From an uncultured Actinomycetota bacterium (lineage in GTDB: Bacteria; Actinomycetota; Actinomycetes; Propionibacteriales; Nocardioidaceae): DNA of 64,000 bases. The stretch covers positions 42,752 to 106,751 of the forward strand of contig CAWKIP010000013.1 in the NCBI GenBank assembly GCA_963849765.1. Reading direction: 5' to 3'. The notes beneath the pieces were generated by a model. That model searched no databases, was not told the DNA's origin, and was given only the letters and a program-made list of their open reading frames with translations. Each line of letters starts with the position of its first letter. Positions within the stretch are counted from its first letter, which is position 1. Of this stretch, positions 12,701-24,869 are shown piece by piece. The translations under genes were made by a program, and so were the position numbers.

Positions 12701-15700
12701 ACGACGAGCCGACGATCGACGCGCTGAACGAGGCGGGCCTCGAGGTCTCGGCTGCTCGGTAACCACGAGTTCGACCAGGGTTACGAGGACCTGTCGATCG
12801 GGTCGGGTCTCAGCGACCCTGGCGGCGCGACTGGGAGTACATCGCTGCGAACGTGGATGAGCCGGAGGGTCGTGATGACCTGGCGGAGACCTGGACGAAG
12901 GACCTTCGACGGCGATCGACGGTCGGGTTCGTTGGTGCGGTGACGGAGGACCTTCCGTCGCTGGTCGTCGCCGGCGGGTATCGAGGGTGTCGACGGTGAC
13001 CGACATCGTCGGACTGCCAACGAACGCTGCGGCGGCCGACCTGAAGGCCGGCGGTGCGGACCTGGTGGTGTTGTTGGTCCACGAGGGCTCGCCGAGCGAC
13101 GGACTGCGACAACGTCGAACTTCACCGACGCCGGGACACGGTGTGGGGCAACATCACCGCAGAACACCTCGGCGCGATGTGGACGCGATCGTCTCGGGTC
13201 ACACGCACCTGGCTTACAACTGCTCGCTACACGGTGCAGGACTGGGTCGACGGTGACCGTGCGGTGACCGAGCGTCCGGTGGTGTCCGTCTGGTCAGTAC
13301 GGCACAGAACCTGAACCAGCTGGTGTTCAACGTGGACGCGGCGACGGGTGAGGTTGCGGCGAAGACGCAGGACGATCCTGGCGCTGACCGAGGTCGAACT
13401 ACACCGAGGACCCGGCGGTGGCGAGCGATCGTTCGACGACGCGAAGGCTGCAGGCCGATGTGCTGGGCAGCTGTGGTGCTGGGTCAGATCGAGGCGCCGT
13501 TGAACCGGGCGCAAGCTGGCCAACGGCACGACGGAGAACCGTGGTGGGGAGTCCACCCTGGGGAACCTGGTGGCTGAGGTGCAGCGGTGGGCGACCGACA
13601 CCCCGACGACGGCGTGAGGCGCAGATCGCGTTCATGAACCCGGGTGGTCTGCGGCAGGACATGGCCGGCACGGTCAATGGTGGTGCGCGTGATGTGACCT
13701 ATCGGCAGGCCGCGGTGGTCCAGCCGTTCGCCAACACGTTGGTGAACATGGACCTGACCGGTGCCCAGATCGAGACGGTGCTGGAGCAGCAGTGGCAGCG
13801 CACGGCGGACGGGCCTTCGGGCACGGTGCCGACGCGGCCGTTCCTGCGGCTGGGTGTCTCGGAGGGCTTCACCTACACCTACGTGGAGACGCCGGTCACG
13901 GTCGAACGGCGTGGACACGTTCCAGGGTGAGATCACCGACATGTGGCTGAACGGGGTCGCGATCGACCCGGCGACGTCGTACTCGGTGACGGTGAACTCG
14001 TTCCTGGCATCCGGTGGCGACAACTTCCGCGCGTTCGCTGGTGGTACGGGCAAGGCGGACACCGGCAAGGTGGACCTGCAGGCGATGGTCGACTACCTCG
14101 GACGAGTTCGGTCCCGTGGGTACGCCGCTGCGAGATCGACTACAGCCAGCGTGCGGTCGAGGTCGAGCAACGTCGCGCGCGCAAGCTACACGCCGGGTGA
14201 GAACGTCACCTTCAACGTGGAGTCGTGGACCATGTCCACCGCCGACGACGTCAAGGACACCGAGATCCAGGTGAAGCTGGGTGACGACGTGCTCGGCACC
14301 GCTGCGCTCGACAACACCATTGGCACCGCGGTCTTACGACCAGCTACGGCAAGGCATCGATCGACGTCGAGCTCCCGGTCGGCACGACGGAGCGGTGACG
14401 CCGAGCTGACCCTCGTCGGCGCCAACACCGGCACCGAGGTGCTCGGTCCCGATCACGTCGACGACGGGCTGGAGGATGTTCAGATTCTGGGGACGAATGA
14501 CTTCCATGGTCGGTTGTTGCCGGATGGGTTGCCGTCGACCTCGGACTGCAACACGGCGGGTGTGGGTTGTCCGGCGGCGTTGTTGTCGGGTGCGGTCAAG
14601 GAGTTGCGTGGTGAGAACCCGAACACGGTGTTTGCTGCTGCGGGTGACTTGATCGGTGCTTCGACGTTCGAGTCGTTCATTCAGAACGATGAGCCGACGA
14701 TCGATGCGTTGAACGAGGCGGGTCTGGAGGTCTCGGCTGCTGGTAACCACGAGTTCGATCAGGGTTATGAGGACCTGGTGGGTCGGGTTCAGGACTCGGC
14801 GGACTGGGAGTACATCGCTGCGAACGTGGATGAGCCGGAGGGTCGTGATGACCTGGCGGAGACCTGGACGAAGGAGTTCGACGGGATCACGGTCGGGTTC
14901 GTTGGTGCGGTGACGGAGGAGCTTCCGTCGCTGGTGTCGCCGGCGGGTATCGAGGGTGTCACGGTGACCGACATCGTGGATGCCACGAACGCTGCGGCGG
15001 CTGACTTGAAGGCCGGCGGTGCGGACCTGGTGGTGTTGTTGGTCCACGAGGGTTCGCCGAGCACGGCGTGTGACAACGTGAACTTCACCGACCCGGGAAA
15101 CGGTGTGGGGCAACATCACGCAGAACACCTCGGCGGATGTGGACGCGATCATCTCGGGTCACACGCACTTGGCTTACAACTGTTCCTTCCCGGTGCAGGA
15201 GTGGGTCGATGGTGACCGTGCGGTGACCGAGCGTCCGGTGGTGTCGTCTGGTCAGTACGGCCAGAACCTGAACCAGCTGGTGTTCACCGTGGACGCGGCG
15301 ACGGGTGAGGTTGCGGCGAAGACGCAGTCGATCCTGGCGCTGACCGAGGCGAACTTCACCGAGGACCCGGCGGTCGGTGAGCATCGTTCACGACGCGAAG
15401 GCTCAGGCCGATGTGCTGGGTGCTGTGGTGCTGGGTCAGATCGAGGCGCCGCTGAACCGGGCGAAGCTGGCCAACGGCACGACGGAGAACCGTGGTGGGG
15501 AGTCCACCCTGGGGAACCTGGTGGCTGAGGTGCAGCGGTGGGCGACCGACACCCCGACGACGGGTGAGGCGCAGATCGCGTTCATGAACCCCGGTGGTCT
15601 GCGGCAGGACATGGCCGGCACGATCAATGGTGGTGCGCGTGATGTGACCTACCGGCAGGCCGCGGTGGTCCAGCCGTTCGCCAACACGTTGGTGAACATG

Positions 15701-16715
15701 GACCTGACCGGTGCCCAGATCGAGACGGTGCTGGAGCAGCAGTGGCAGCGCACGGCGGACGGGCCTTCGGGCACGGTGCCGACGCGGCCGTTCCTGCGGC
15801 TGGGTGTCTCGGAGGGCTTCACCTACACCTACGTGGAGACGCCGGTCACGGTGAACGGCGTGGACACGTTCCAGGGTGAGATCACCGACATGTGGCTGAA
15901 CGGGGTCGCGATCGACCCGGCGACGTCGTACTCGGTGACGGTGAACTCGTTCCTGGCTTCCGGTGGAGACAACTTCCGCGCGTTCGCTGGTGGTACGGGC
16001 AAGGCCGACACCGGCAAGGTGGACCTGCAGGCGATGGTCGACTACCTCGCCGAGTTCGGTCCGGTGGGTACGCCGCTGGAGATCGACTACAGCCAGCGTG
16101 CGGTCGAGGTCCACAACGTGGCCGCCAGCTACACGCCCGGTGAGAACGTCACCTTCAACGTGGAGTCGTGGACGATGTCGACCGCCGACGACGTCAAGGA
16201 CACCGAGATCGAGGTGCAGCTGGGTGACGACGTGCTCGGCACGGCAACGCTCGACAACACCATCGGCACCGCGGTCTTCGACCAGTACGGCAAGGCATCG
16301 ATCGACGTCGAACTCCCGGACGGTACGCCGGCCGGACCGCTGACGTTGACCCTGGTCGGCGCCAACACCGGCACCGAGGTGATCGTCCCGATCACGTTCG
16401 ACAAGGCCACCCCGACGGTGACCGGCACCAACGTGACCGTCAAGTACGGCAAGAGCGCGACCATGAGGGTCACGGTGTCCGCACCGGGCGTCGTGCCGAC
16501 GGGGAGAGTCTCGCTAACCTCGAGAGGGATCAACCTCGGTTCAGCCCTGCTGACGAACGGCGCGGCTACCGTAGACTGAGTCCCAGCCCGACGGCTCCCG
16601 AAGGGCACCCACCCGGTGACGATCTCCTACGCACGGGGACGGCTCGGTGAAGCCGGGCACGGGCACCGCCACCGTCACGGTACTCAACGGACCCCCCCGA
16701 GTCAGAACCTCTTAG
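9708..16715 (+). CDS. Large secreted ExeM/NucH-family nuclease fused to two tandem 5'-nucleotidase modules and Ig-like domains (many frameshifts; end approximate)
   Basis: Signal peptide; lamin-tail-like (FISEIHYDN..EFVEV); He_PIG-like repeat (LPAGVTLS..GELSGTPT); EEP motifs (TFNVLNYF, LEEIEN, NHFKSKG, GDFNA, LDHVL, SDHNP); twice GTNDFHG..AGDLIG..GNHEFD..SGHTH plus NPGGLR..PFAN. Confidence 0.85.
12497..16395 (+). repeat. ~1.95-kb intragenic tandem duplication of the 5'-nucleotidase module
   Basis: Copy 1 ~12497-14455, copy 2 ~14477-16395; long near-identical stretches (e.g. 13500-13900 vs 15452-15850) with scattered synonymous differences. Confidence 0.9.
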
Positions 16716-16723
16716 CGCACGAC

Positions 16724-16752
16724 GGGGCCGGTTCGCCCAGCGAACCGGCCCC
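16724..16752 (+). terminator. Hairpin terminator after the nuclease gene
   Basis: GGGGCCGGTTCGC-cca-GCGAACCGGCCCC, perfect 13-bp stem. Confidence 0.7.
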
Positions 16753-16779
16753 TAGGGCGTGCCCACTAGCATCCGGGTC

Positions 16780-17255
16780 ATGCCCGACCCCGACCCGATC
16801 GTCGATCGGCTCATCCAACGCCGGAGCGACCGTCGCGACCGCCGAGTCGATCACCGCTGGCCGGCTCGCTGCCCGGCTGACGGACAGCGCCGGCGCTTCG
16901 GCCGCGCTACCTCGGTGGCGTCGTCAGCTATGCCACCGAGGTCAAGATCTCCGTGCTCGGTGTGCCGGAGGCGCTGGTCGATGAACACGGCGTCATCTCC
17001 GCGGAGTGCGCACGGTCGATGGCGGAGCGCGCACGGACCCTGATGGGCGCGACGTACGGCGTCAGCACGACCGGCGTCGCCGGACCCGACACCCAGGAGG
17101 GGCAGCCGGTCGGCACCGTCTTCGTCGGTCTGGCGGGGCCGGACGGGACCCGGGTGCTGCGGCTCGCGCTCGCCGGCGGACGGAGCGACATCCAGGCCGC
17201 CACGGTCGACGAGGCACTGTCGGCGCTGGCCGGGATGATCGGCGTGCCGACGTGA
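16780..17255 (+). CDS. cinA: CinA C-terminal domain protein (NMN deamidase-like), frameshifted
   Basis: [23 protein letters not shown] and PVGTVFVG motifs across frames; pgsA-cinA-clgR synteny. Confidence 0.88.
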
Positions 17256-17274
17256 TCCCGGCCGGTCGTGGACC

Positions 17275-17300
17275 GGAACATCCGGGCCTCGGGTAGCGTT
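17275..17300 (+). promoter_or_regulatory. ECF sigma (SigE/SigH/SigR-type) promoter
   Basis: GGAAC-N17-CGTT upstream of clgR. Confidence 0.75.
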
Positions 17301-17343
17301 GGGCCCACAGATCGGTTCAGGACGGATGCGGAAGGAGATCGGC

Positions 17344-17646
17344 ATGGCGCTATTTCGTCGGATGCTCGGTGACGTACTGCGCGAGCGCCGCTCCGAGCTC
17401 GGCCTGACCCTGCGTGAGGTTTCCGGCGTCGCCCGCGTCAGCCTCGGCTACATCTCCGAGATCGAGCGCGGCCAGAAGGAAGCCTCCTCCGAGCTGCTCG
17501 CGTCGCTGTGCGACGCGCTCGAGGTGCCGCTGTCCCAGGTGCTGCGCCACGTCGCCGACGCGGTCGCGGTCGAGGAGCGCGCGGTCGCTCCGACGCCGAT
17601 CGGATCGCTGCCGCAGCCCGATCAGGTCGTGGCGTCCGCCGCCTGA
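17344..17646 (+). CDS. clgR: XRE-family regulator ClgR
   Basis: [29 protein letters not shown]; C-terminal AA; GAAGGAG RBS. Confidence 0.88.
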   Translation: MALFRRMLGDVLRERRSELGLTLREVSGVARVSLGYISEIERGQKEASSELLASLCDALEVPLSQVLRHVADAVAVEERAVAPTPIGSLPQPDQVVASAA

Positions 17647-17650
17647 GCTC

Positions 17651-17785
17651 TGGTTCGAGGGTCGCTGCGTCGACACCTCGACCAGCGGCGATCGCTGCGG
17701 TCTGCCGACCAGCCGTGCTGGTCGAGCGCGAGGTGCGCTAGCTGGCGAGCGCTCGAACGCAGAGCGCTCGGGCTACTCGACGACC
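17651..17785. repeat. REP-like intergenic elements (CCGCTGGTCGAG family) between convergent genes
   Basis: Reverse copy CCGCTGGTCGAGGTGTCGACGCAGCGACCCTCGAACC plus further GCTGGTCGAG/CTACTCGAC units; similar to 60915-60960 and 62367-62405. Confidence 0.6.
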
Positions 17786-17786
17786 G

Positions 17787-18665
17787 TCAGCGCTGCTGTA
17801 GCGCCGCGGCCTCGAGTCGCGCGATCCGGTCCGCCATCGGCGGGTGGGTGGCGAACAGGCGCGACAGGTCCTGGGCGCGGAACGGGCTCGCGATCATCAG
17901 GTGGCTGGCGTTCTGCAGCTCGCGGGTCGGCGGGAGCGGCGCCCGCTGGGTGCCGAGCTCGAGCTTGCGCAGCGCGGAGGCGAGCGCGAGCGGGTCACCA
18001 GTGAGCCGGGCGCCGTCCTCGTCGGCGTCGTACTCCCGGGTCCGGCTGATCGCGAGCTGGATGACCATCGCCGCGAACGGCGCGAGCAGCGCCATCGCGA
18101 TCATCGCCAGCGGGTTGGGTCGCTCCTCGTCGCTGCCGCCGCCGAAGATCGACGTGAACGCCAGGAACTGGCCGACGGCGCTGATCACGCCGGCGACCGC
18201 GGCCGCGACCGACGACGTGAGGATGTCGCGGTTGTAGACGTGCATCAGCTCGTGCCCCAGGACGCCCCGCAGCTCACGCTCGTCGAGCAGCTGGAGGATG
18301 CCCTCGGTGCAGCACACCGCGGCGTGCTCCGGGTTGCGGCCGGTCGCGAACGCGTTGGGCGCGGCGGTCGGTGACACGTAGAGCCGGGGCATCGGCTTGC
18401 CGGCCGCGTCCGAGAGCTCGCGCACGATCCGGTACATCTCGGGCTGCTGCTGCTCGGTGACGGGGGAGGCGTGCATCGCGCGGATCGCGAGCTTGTCGGA
18501 GTTCCAGTAGCCGTAGGCCGTGGTTCCGACGCCGATCAGCGCGAAGACCCAGATGAAGATGGCGTTGCCGGTGGCCGCCGAGATGATGCCGCCGACGGCC
18601 AGCAGCAGGCCGATGATGGCGGCGAACAGGACGGCGGTTTTCAGTCCGTTGTAGTGGTGGTGCAC
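17787..18665 (-). CDS. htpX: Zinc metalloprotease HtpX
   Basis: [21 protein letters not shown] and THPP motifs. Confidence 0.95.
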   Translation of the reverse strand: MHHHYNGLKTAVLFAAIIGLLLAVGGIISAATGNAIFIWVFALIGVGTTAYGYWNSDKLAIRAMHASPVTEQQQPEMYRIVRELSDAAGKPMPRLYVSPTAAPNAFATGRNPEHAAVCCTEGILQLLDERELRGVLGHELMHVYNRDILTSSVAAAVAGVISAVGQFLAFTSIFGGGSDEERPNPLAMIAMALLAPFAAMVIQLAISRTREYDADEDGARLTGDPLALASALRKLELGTQRAPLPPTRELQNASHLMIASPFRAQDLSRLFATHPPMADRIARLEAAALQQR

Positions 18666-18674
18666 GTCCAATTC

Positions 18675-18702
18675 AACGCGATCGGTGGGTCGTGCCCGTT
18701 CC
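18675..18702 (-). promoter_or_regulatory. Probable ECF sigma promoter of htpX
   Basis: GGAAC-N19-CGTT on the minus strand just before the GTG; spacer slightly long. Confidence 0.5.
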
Positions 18703-18716
18703 CGGTGCGAGCGGGG

Positions 18717-19511
18717 TCACAGCGAACTCTCAGGCTGGCACGAAGGGCACCAGTACGTCGTCCGCTGTTGGCCCTCGGCCCCGACCTCCCCGGCCCGGAT
18801 GGTCGTCCCACATCGCTGACACGGCTGGCGCTGACGCCGGTAGACCCACACCGTGCCCTTCCGCTCTCCTGCGGTTGTGGGACGGCCGTAGTAGACGCCG
18901 TTCTTGAGCAGCTGTCGCGCCCGCCGCAGGAGGCGGGCGGGGTCGCGCACGGCGCTGACCGGGCCGAGCGGGTGGACGCCCTGGAGAAAGCAGATCTCGG
19001 CGAGGTAGATGGTCCCGATGCCGGCGACGACGGTCTGGTCGAGGAGCGCCTCGCCGAGGGGGCGGTCGGGATCGGCAAGGAGGCGGCGCAGCGACTCCTC
19101 CTCGTCGAACTCCTCAGCCATCAGGTCGGGACCGAGATGGCCGACGACGTTCGTCTCGTCGGCGGTCGGCACCAGCTCGACCAGACCGAGCGCGAACCCG
19201 ACCGCCTCCCGACCATCGGTGCGCAGCACGACCCGCGCCTCGTGGGCGGGGCGCGACCAGCGCCGGCCCCCGTCGTACACCCGCCAGACGCCCTCCATCT
19301 TGAGGTGGGTGTGGAGGGTGAGCGGCTGCCCGTCGTGGTCGAGCCGCGTGAGCAGGTGCTTGCCGTGCGTGGCGGTCTCGAGCACCTTCGCTCCCGAGAG
19401 GTCGACGGTCGCCAGCGAGGGCCAGCGGAAGTCGGTCGCCGTGAGCACGCGCCCCGCGAGGCCGCGGTCGAGCCGGCGCGCGGTGAGGTAGACGGCGTCG
19501 CCCTCGGGCAT
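18717..19511 (-). CDS. nei: Fpg/Nei-family DNA glycosylase
   Basis: MPEGD start, GKHLL, HLKMEG, H2TH (LLDQ..AGIG) and C4 zinc finger; downstream of lhr. Confidence 0.93.
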   Translation of the reverse strand: MPEGDAVYLTARRLDRGLAGRVLTATDFRWPSLATVDLSGAKVLETATHGKHLLTRLDHDGQPLTLHTHLKMEGVWRVYDGGRRWSRPAHEARVVLRTDGREAVGFALGLVELVPTADETNVVGHLGPDLMAEEFDEEESLRRLLADPDRPLGEALLDQTVVAGIGTIYLAEICFLQGVHPLGPVSAVRDPARLLRRARQLLKNGVYYGRPTTAGERKGTVWVYRRQRQPCQRCGTTIRAGEVGAEGQQRTTYWCPSCQPESSL

Positions 19512-19517
19512 CGCTGC

Positions 19518-22500
19518 TCAGCCCCGGATCCGCAGCCCGCGCGGGGTGGCGATGAAGCCCGCGGCGTCGAGCGCTGCCCGGAGTGCGCTCGGCCCGGAGC
19601 CGAGCAGCGGAGCGCCGTCGGCCTTCTCGACGGTCAGCCGGCCGAGCGTGCCGCGGCGGACCGCGGTCGAGAGTGCCTCGGCAGCGGGCCCGAGCAGCTC
19701 GGGCTCGTCGCTCCAGGTGAGCAGGGTGCGGCCGCCGCGTTCGACGTAGAGCGCCAGCGCCCCGTCCACGAGTACGACGATCGCACCCGCCTTGCGGCCC
19801 GGCCGGTGCCCGGTCTCCGGGTCGGCGGCTGCCGGCCAGGGGAGCGCGGCGCCGTAGGGGTTGGCGGGGTCGGTGGCCGCCAGCGCGATGGCGACCGGCT
19901 TGTCGTGCTCGGAGACGAGAGGCGAGAAGGTGCGCAGCCGGTCGATGGACCCGGCGGTGCCGAACTGGGCGGCACCGAGGCCCTCCACGAAGTAGCCCCT
20001 CCGGCAGCGGCCGGAGTCCTCGAACGCAGACAGCACGCGGTAGACCGCGGCGAAGCCGCCCGGGACCCGTTCGCTGACGACCGACCCACGGGTGACGACG
20101 CCGTGCCGGTCGAGCAGCCGCTCAGCCGTCGCATGGGCGCGGCGGGTGGGGTCGGTGTCGATCGCGGGGAGGAGCGCCCACCGGCCGGCGGTCTCGGGCG
20201 GGCCGGAGCGGGCGACCCGGCCGGGTCGGGGAGCCGCCTGGCGGCTGCGGTGTGCCGGGCGGCCGGAGCGGGTGAGCGAGCGGATCGGGGCGAGGGTGTC
20301 GTTGCTGACCCGACCGGACCACACCAGCGCCCAGAGCGCGGCGCTGAGCTTGCCGTCGTCCAGGCTGCCGAACGAGTAGTCGCTGAGCTGACGGAAGAAC
20401 CACGCGCCCCCGGGCGCGAGCGCGGTCAGCACCTGGCGCTGGAGCTCGTCGTCGATGTCGTGCTGGGGGTCGGGCAGGGTGAGCGAGGCCTGGTCGGCGA
20501 GGTGGAGCGACACCCAGCCGTCGCTCCCGGGCAGGGCACCGTGACCGGCCCAGACGACCTCGCCGGCGGCGGTCAGCTCGTCGAGGTAGGCGGGCTCGTA
20601 GTCGCGCACCCGCGATGCCAGCACCAGCGGCTCGAGCGCGGACGCGGGCACCGGGGCGCCGGCCAGCTGCTCGATCGCGCGGAGCAGGCCGTCGGTGCCG
20701 CGTAGGCCGCGACCTGTCGGCAACACCTGCTGCCACGCCGCCGAGAACCGGGCGAGCGCAACCGGCTCGACCGGTTCGATCTCGTGACGCAGCTTGGCCA
20801 GCGACCGCCTCCGGAGGCGACGCAGGACCTCAGCGTCGCACCACTCGTCGCCGACACCGGTCGGCCGGAACTCGCCGGTCAGCACCCGGCCCTGCGCCTC
20901 CAGCCGCCGGAGCGTGTGCCGGACCACGGCCGCCCCGAGGCCGAGCCGCTCGGCAACCTGCTGATCGGTGAACGGCCCGTGAGTGCGGGCATAACGCGCC
21001 ACCAGGTCGGCCAGCGGATCCTCGACCGGCTCCGTGAACGTGGCCGGCGTGCCGGGCGGGACCGGCACACCGAGTCCGTCGCGCAGTCGGGCGACGTCCT
21101 CGACGATGGCCCACGCGTCGCCGTACGCCATCCGGACCTGGACCACGCGTCGCGTCGCCGCGAGGTCGGCGAGCCAGTCGGCCACCGGGGAGTCCGGCTC
21201 CGCGCGGGCGATGGCTTCGTCGATCGTGAGGGGGCCGAGGAGGCGCAGCAGATCGACCATGCCCTCGGCGTTGCGGGCTCGCCGGTCGGGGGCGACCCGC
21301 TGCAGCTCGGCCTCGACCTCGGCGAGCACGTCGGGGTCGAGCAGCTCGCGCAGCTCCGCCCGGCCGAGCAGCTCGGCGAGCAGGCCCTGGTCGAGGGTGA
21401 GCGCGGCGGCGCGGCGCTCGGCGATGGGGGAGTCGCCCTCGTAGACGAACTGGGCGACGTAGCCGAACAGCAGCGTCCGGGCGTACGGCGACGGCGCGCT
21501 CGTCTCGATGTCGGTGACCGTGACCTCGCGCCGCTGCACCCGGGTGAGCAGGGCGGTCAGGCTCGGCAGGTCGTAGACGTCGTTGAGCACCTCGCGGACG
21601 GTCTCGAGCACGATCGGGAACGACGGATAGCGGGCGGCCACCTCGAGCAGCGCCGCGGCGCGCTGCCGCTGCTGCCACAGCGGGCTGCGCCGGCCCGGGT
21701 CGCGGCGTGGCAGCAGCAGCGCGCGGCCGGCGCACTCGCGGAACCGGCTGGCGAACAGTGCGGATCCGCCGACCTCGCGGGTGACGATCTCGTCGATCTC
21801 GTCGGGCTCGAAGACCACCAGATCGGCGCCGGGTGGTTCGGCATCGGTGTCGGGGATCCGGATCACGATGCCGTCGTCGGAAGCGATCGCCTGGCTGCCC
21901 TGGCTGCCGAGGCCGTAGCGCTCGCGGAGCCGGGCATTGATCGCCAGCGCCCATGGTGCGTGGACGGCGGTGCCGTAGGGGGAGTGGAGCACCAGCCGCC
22001 AGTCGCCGAGCTCGTCGCGGAACCGCTCGACGAGCAGGGTGGTGTCGCTCGGGACCAGGCGGGTCGCTTCGACCTGCTCGCGGACGTAGCCGATCAGGTT
22101 GGCCGCGGCATTGGCGTCGAGCCCGTCGGCGGTGACCCGGGCCGTGGCCTCGTCGTCGGGCATCGCGGCGAGCTCACGCGTGAACGCGCCGACGGCGGCG
22201 CCGAGCTCCGCCGGCCGACCGAGGGTGTCGCCCTTCCAGAACGGCAGCCGGCCGGGGACACCGGGAGCGGGCGAGACGAGCACCCGGTCGTGGGTGATGT
22301 CCTCGATCCGCCAGCTGGTGGCGCCGAGGGCGAACACGTCGCCGACCCGGCTCTCGTAGACCATCTCCTCGTCGAGCTCGCCCACGCGACGGCCGGTGCC
22401 CTCACCGACGAGGAAGACGCCGTAGAGGCCGCGGTCGGGGATGGTGCCGCCGCTGGTGACGGCCAGCCGCTGTGCGCCCGGGCGACCGGCGATCCGACCG

Positions 22501-24066
22501 GTGACCCGGTCCCAGGTGATGCGCGGCCGGAGCTCGGCGAACTCGTCGCTCGGGTAGCGGCCGGCCAGCAGGTCGAGGACGGCGTCGTAGGCGGACCGCG
22601 GGAGGTGGGAGTACGGCGCCGAGCGGCGCACCGTGTCGAACAGCTCGTCGACGTCCCACTCGTCGAGGGCGGTCGCGGCCACGATGTGCTGGGCGAGCAC
22701 GTCGAGCGGGTTGGCGGGGATGCGCAGCGCCTCGATGCCGCCGGTGCGCATCCGGGCGACCGAGACCGCCGCCGGCGCCAGGTCACCCCGGTGCTGGGGG
22801 AAGAACACGCCCTTGGACGTCTCGCCGACCTGGTGGCCGGCCCGGCCGACCCGCTGCAGCGCGCTGGCGACGCTCGGTGGCGAGGAGATCTGCAGCACCT
22901 GGTCGACGGCACCCATGTCGATGCCGAGCTCGAGGCTGCTGGTGGCGACGACGGCGGGCAGCCGGCCGGCCTTGAGGTCGTCCTCGATCTGGGCGCGCTG
23001 CTCCTTGGAGACCGAGCCGTGGTGGGCCTTGGCGAGCAGCTGTGCGGATCCCGCCGACGCACCGGACTGGGCCATCACCTGTGCGGGCGGGATGACGCCG
23101 TCGGCGCTCTCGCCGGTCGCGATCTCGTTGAGCCGCGCGGTCAGCCGCTCGGCGGTGCGCCGGGAGTTGGTGAACACGATCGTCGACCGGTGCTGGCCGA
23201 TCAGCTCCGCCACCCGCTCCTCGACGTGGGGCCAGATGCTGGCCTTGCGCCGCTCGACCGATTCGCCGAGGTCGTCGTACTCCTCCACCTCGCGGCGGCC
23301 GGCATCGGGCTCGGTCATGTCCTCGACGGGGACGACGACCTGCAGGTCCCAGGACTTGTGCGCCGGCGGGGCGACGATCTCGACCGGGGCGTGACCGCCG
23401 AGGAACCGGGCCACCTCGTCGGTCGGGCGGACGGTCGCGGACAGCCCGATCCGCTGGGCCGGCTTCGCGAGCAGCGCGTCGAGCCGCTCGAGGGTCACCG
23501 CGAGGTGGGCGCCACGTTTCGTGCCGGCCACCGCGTGCACCTCGTCGACGATGACCGTCTCGACGCCCTGGAGCGACTCGCGGGCCCGGCTGGTCAGCAT
23601 GAGGAACAGCGACTCGGGGGTCGTGATCAGGACGTCCGGTGGTCGGGTCGTGAGAGTACGGCGCTCGTTGGCCGGTGTGTCGCCCGAGCGGATGCCGACC
23701 CGCACGTCGGGCAGGCCGCTCGCGACCCGGCGCCAGCCGCTCCGCCGTGTGCCGGATCCCGGCCAGCGGCGCCCGCAGGTTGCGCTCGACGTCGACGGCC
23801 AGCGCCTTGAGTGGGGAGACGTAGAGCACCCGGGTGCGCTTGGTCTTGTCCTCGGGTGTCGGGGTGGTCAGCAGCCGGTCGATCGAAGCCAGGAACGCGC
23901 TCAGCGTCTTGCCCGAGCCGGTGGGCGCGACCACCAGAGTGTGGTGGCCACTCGCGATCGAGGCCCACGCGCCCGCCTGCGCCGGCGTCGGCTCCGCGAA
24001 CGCGGCCCGGAACCAGGTCTGGGTCGGCTCGCTGAATCCACTCAGCGGATCGGGGTACTTCGGCAC
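19518..24066 (-). CDS. lhr: Lhr-family ATP-dependent helicase, long form (frameshift near 23720)
   Basis: APTGSGKT, DEVH, LSAT, HHGS, LELGID and QRVGRAGH motifs plus the extended C-terminal region. Confidence 0.95.
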
Positions 24067-24072
24067 CAGAAC

Positions 24073-24094
24073 ATCCTTGCGCACGCCACCGACA
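24073..24094 (-). promoter_or_regulatory. PafBC/RecA-NDp-type promoter of lhr-nei
   Basis: TGTCGG-N10-AAGGAT then 6 nt to GTG; -10 deviates at its first base. Confidence 0.6.
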
Positions 24095-24112
24095 CGGAAG
24101 ACGGTAAAGGAC

Positions 24113-24523
24113 ATGGAGTATCCGCACCTCCTCCAGACCGCCATCGACACCACCGACTGCCGGGGCCTCGCCGAGTTCTACCGGGAGCTGCTCGGCGCGC
24201 AGTACCGCAAGGGGGACGAGCCGCCGAGCGACGGATCGCCCGACGATGCCGACTGGCTGGTCCTCGTGGCCGCCAACGGCCATCGCCTGCTCGCCTTCCA
24301 GCAGGTCGAGCGGCTCGAGCCCACGACCTGGCCCGACCACGACGTGCCGATGCAGATGCACATCGACATGACCGTGGCCGACCGCGAGGAGCTGGAGTGG
24401 AACAAGGCGCGCGCGGAGCTGCTGGGCGCGAAGGTGCGCCTGGACCGCTCCGACGACGAGGACGAGCCGCTCTACGTGTTGGCCGACCCCTCAGGCCACC
24501 CGTTCTGCATCTTCGTGCGCTGA
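24113..24523 (+). CDS. VOC/glyoxalase family protein
   Basis: LAEFYRELLG, LAFQ, QMHID and LADPSGHPFC motifs. Confidence 0.88.
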   Translation: MEYPHLLQTAIDTTDCRGLAEFYRELLGAQYRKGDEPPSDGSPDDADWLVLVAANGHRLLAFQQVERLEPTTWPDHDVPMQMHIDMTVADREELEWNKARAELLGAKVRLDRSDDEDEPLYVLADPSGHPFCIFVR

Positions 24524-24530
24524 GCGGCCG

Positions 24531-24863
24531 CTACTTCGCCGGCAGCGACCCGGCGTACGCCGCACCGCGGCGCACCCACTCGTCGAGCGCGTCATCGGAG
24601 GCGAGGTCGGCGCCGTCGACCCGGAGCCAGCCGGACATCTCGCGCCCGCGCATCTCCATCGGGTGTGCCGCTGTCGTGGCGATGAGTCGTTCACCCTCCT
24701 CGGGGTCGACCCGGACCAGGATGCCGCCCTTGCTGCTCGCGGCGACCGCCATGTTGCCGCCGACCATGAACCCGAGTCCGCCGAACATCTTCTGCTCGGT
24801 GAGCAGTGGCTCGCCGCTGATCAGCTCGCGGATCCGGTCGGCCAACGCTTCGTCGTACGCCAT
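24531..24863 (-). CDS. TfoX N-terminal domain protein
   Basis: MAYDEALADRIR, KMFGGLGFMVGGNM, MRGREMSGW. Confidence 0.88.
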   Translation of the reverse strand: MAYDEALADRIRELISGEPLLTEQKMFGGLGFMVGGNMAVAASSKGGILVRVDPEEGERLIATTAAHPMEMRGREMSGWLRVDGADLASDDALDEWVRRGAAYAGSLPAK

Positions 24864-24869
24864 GGCTGG

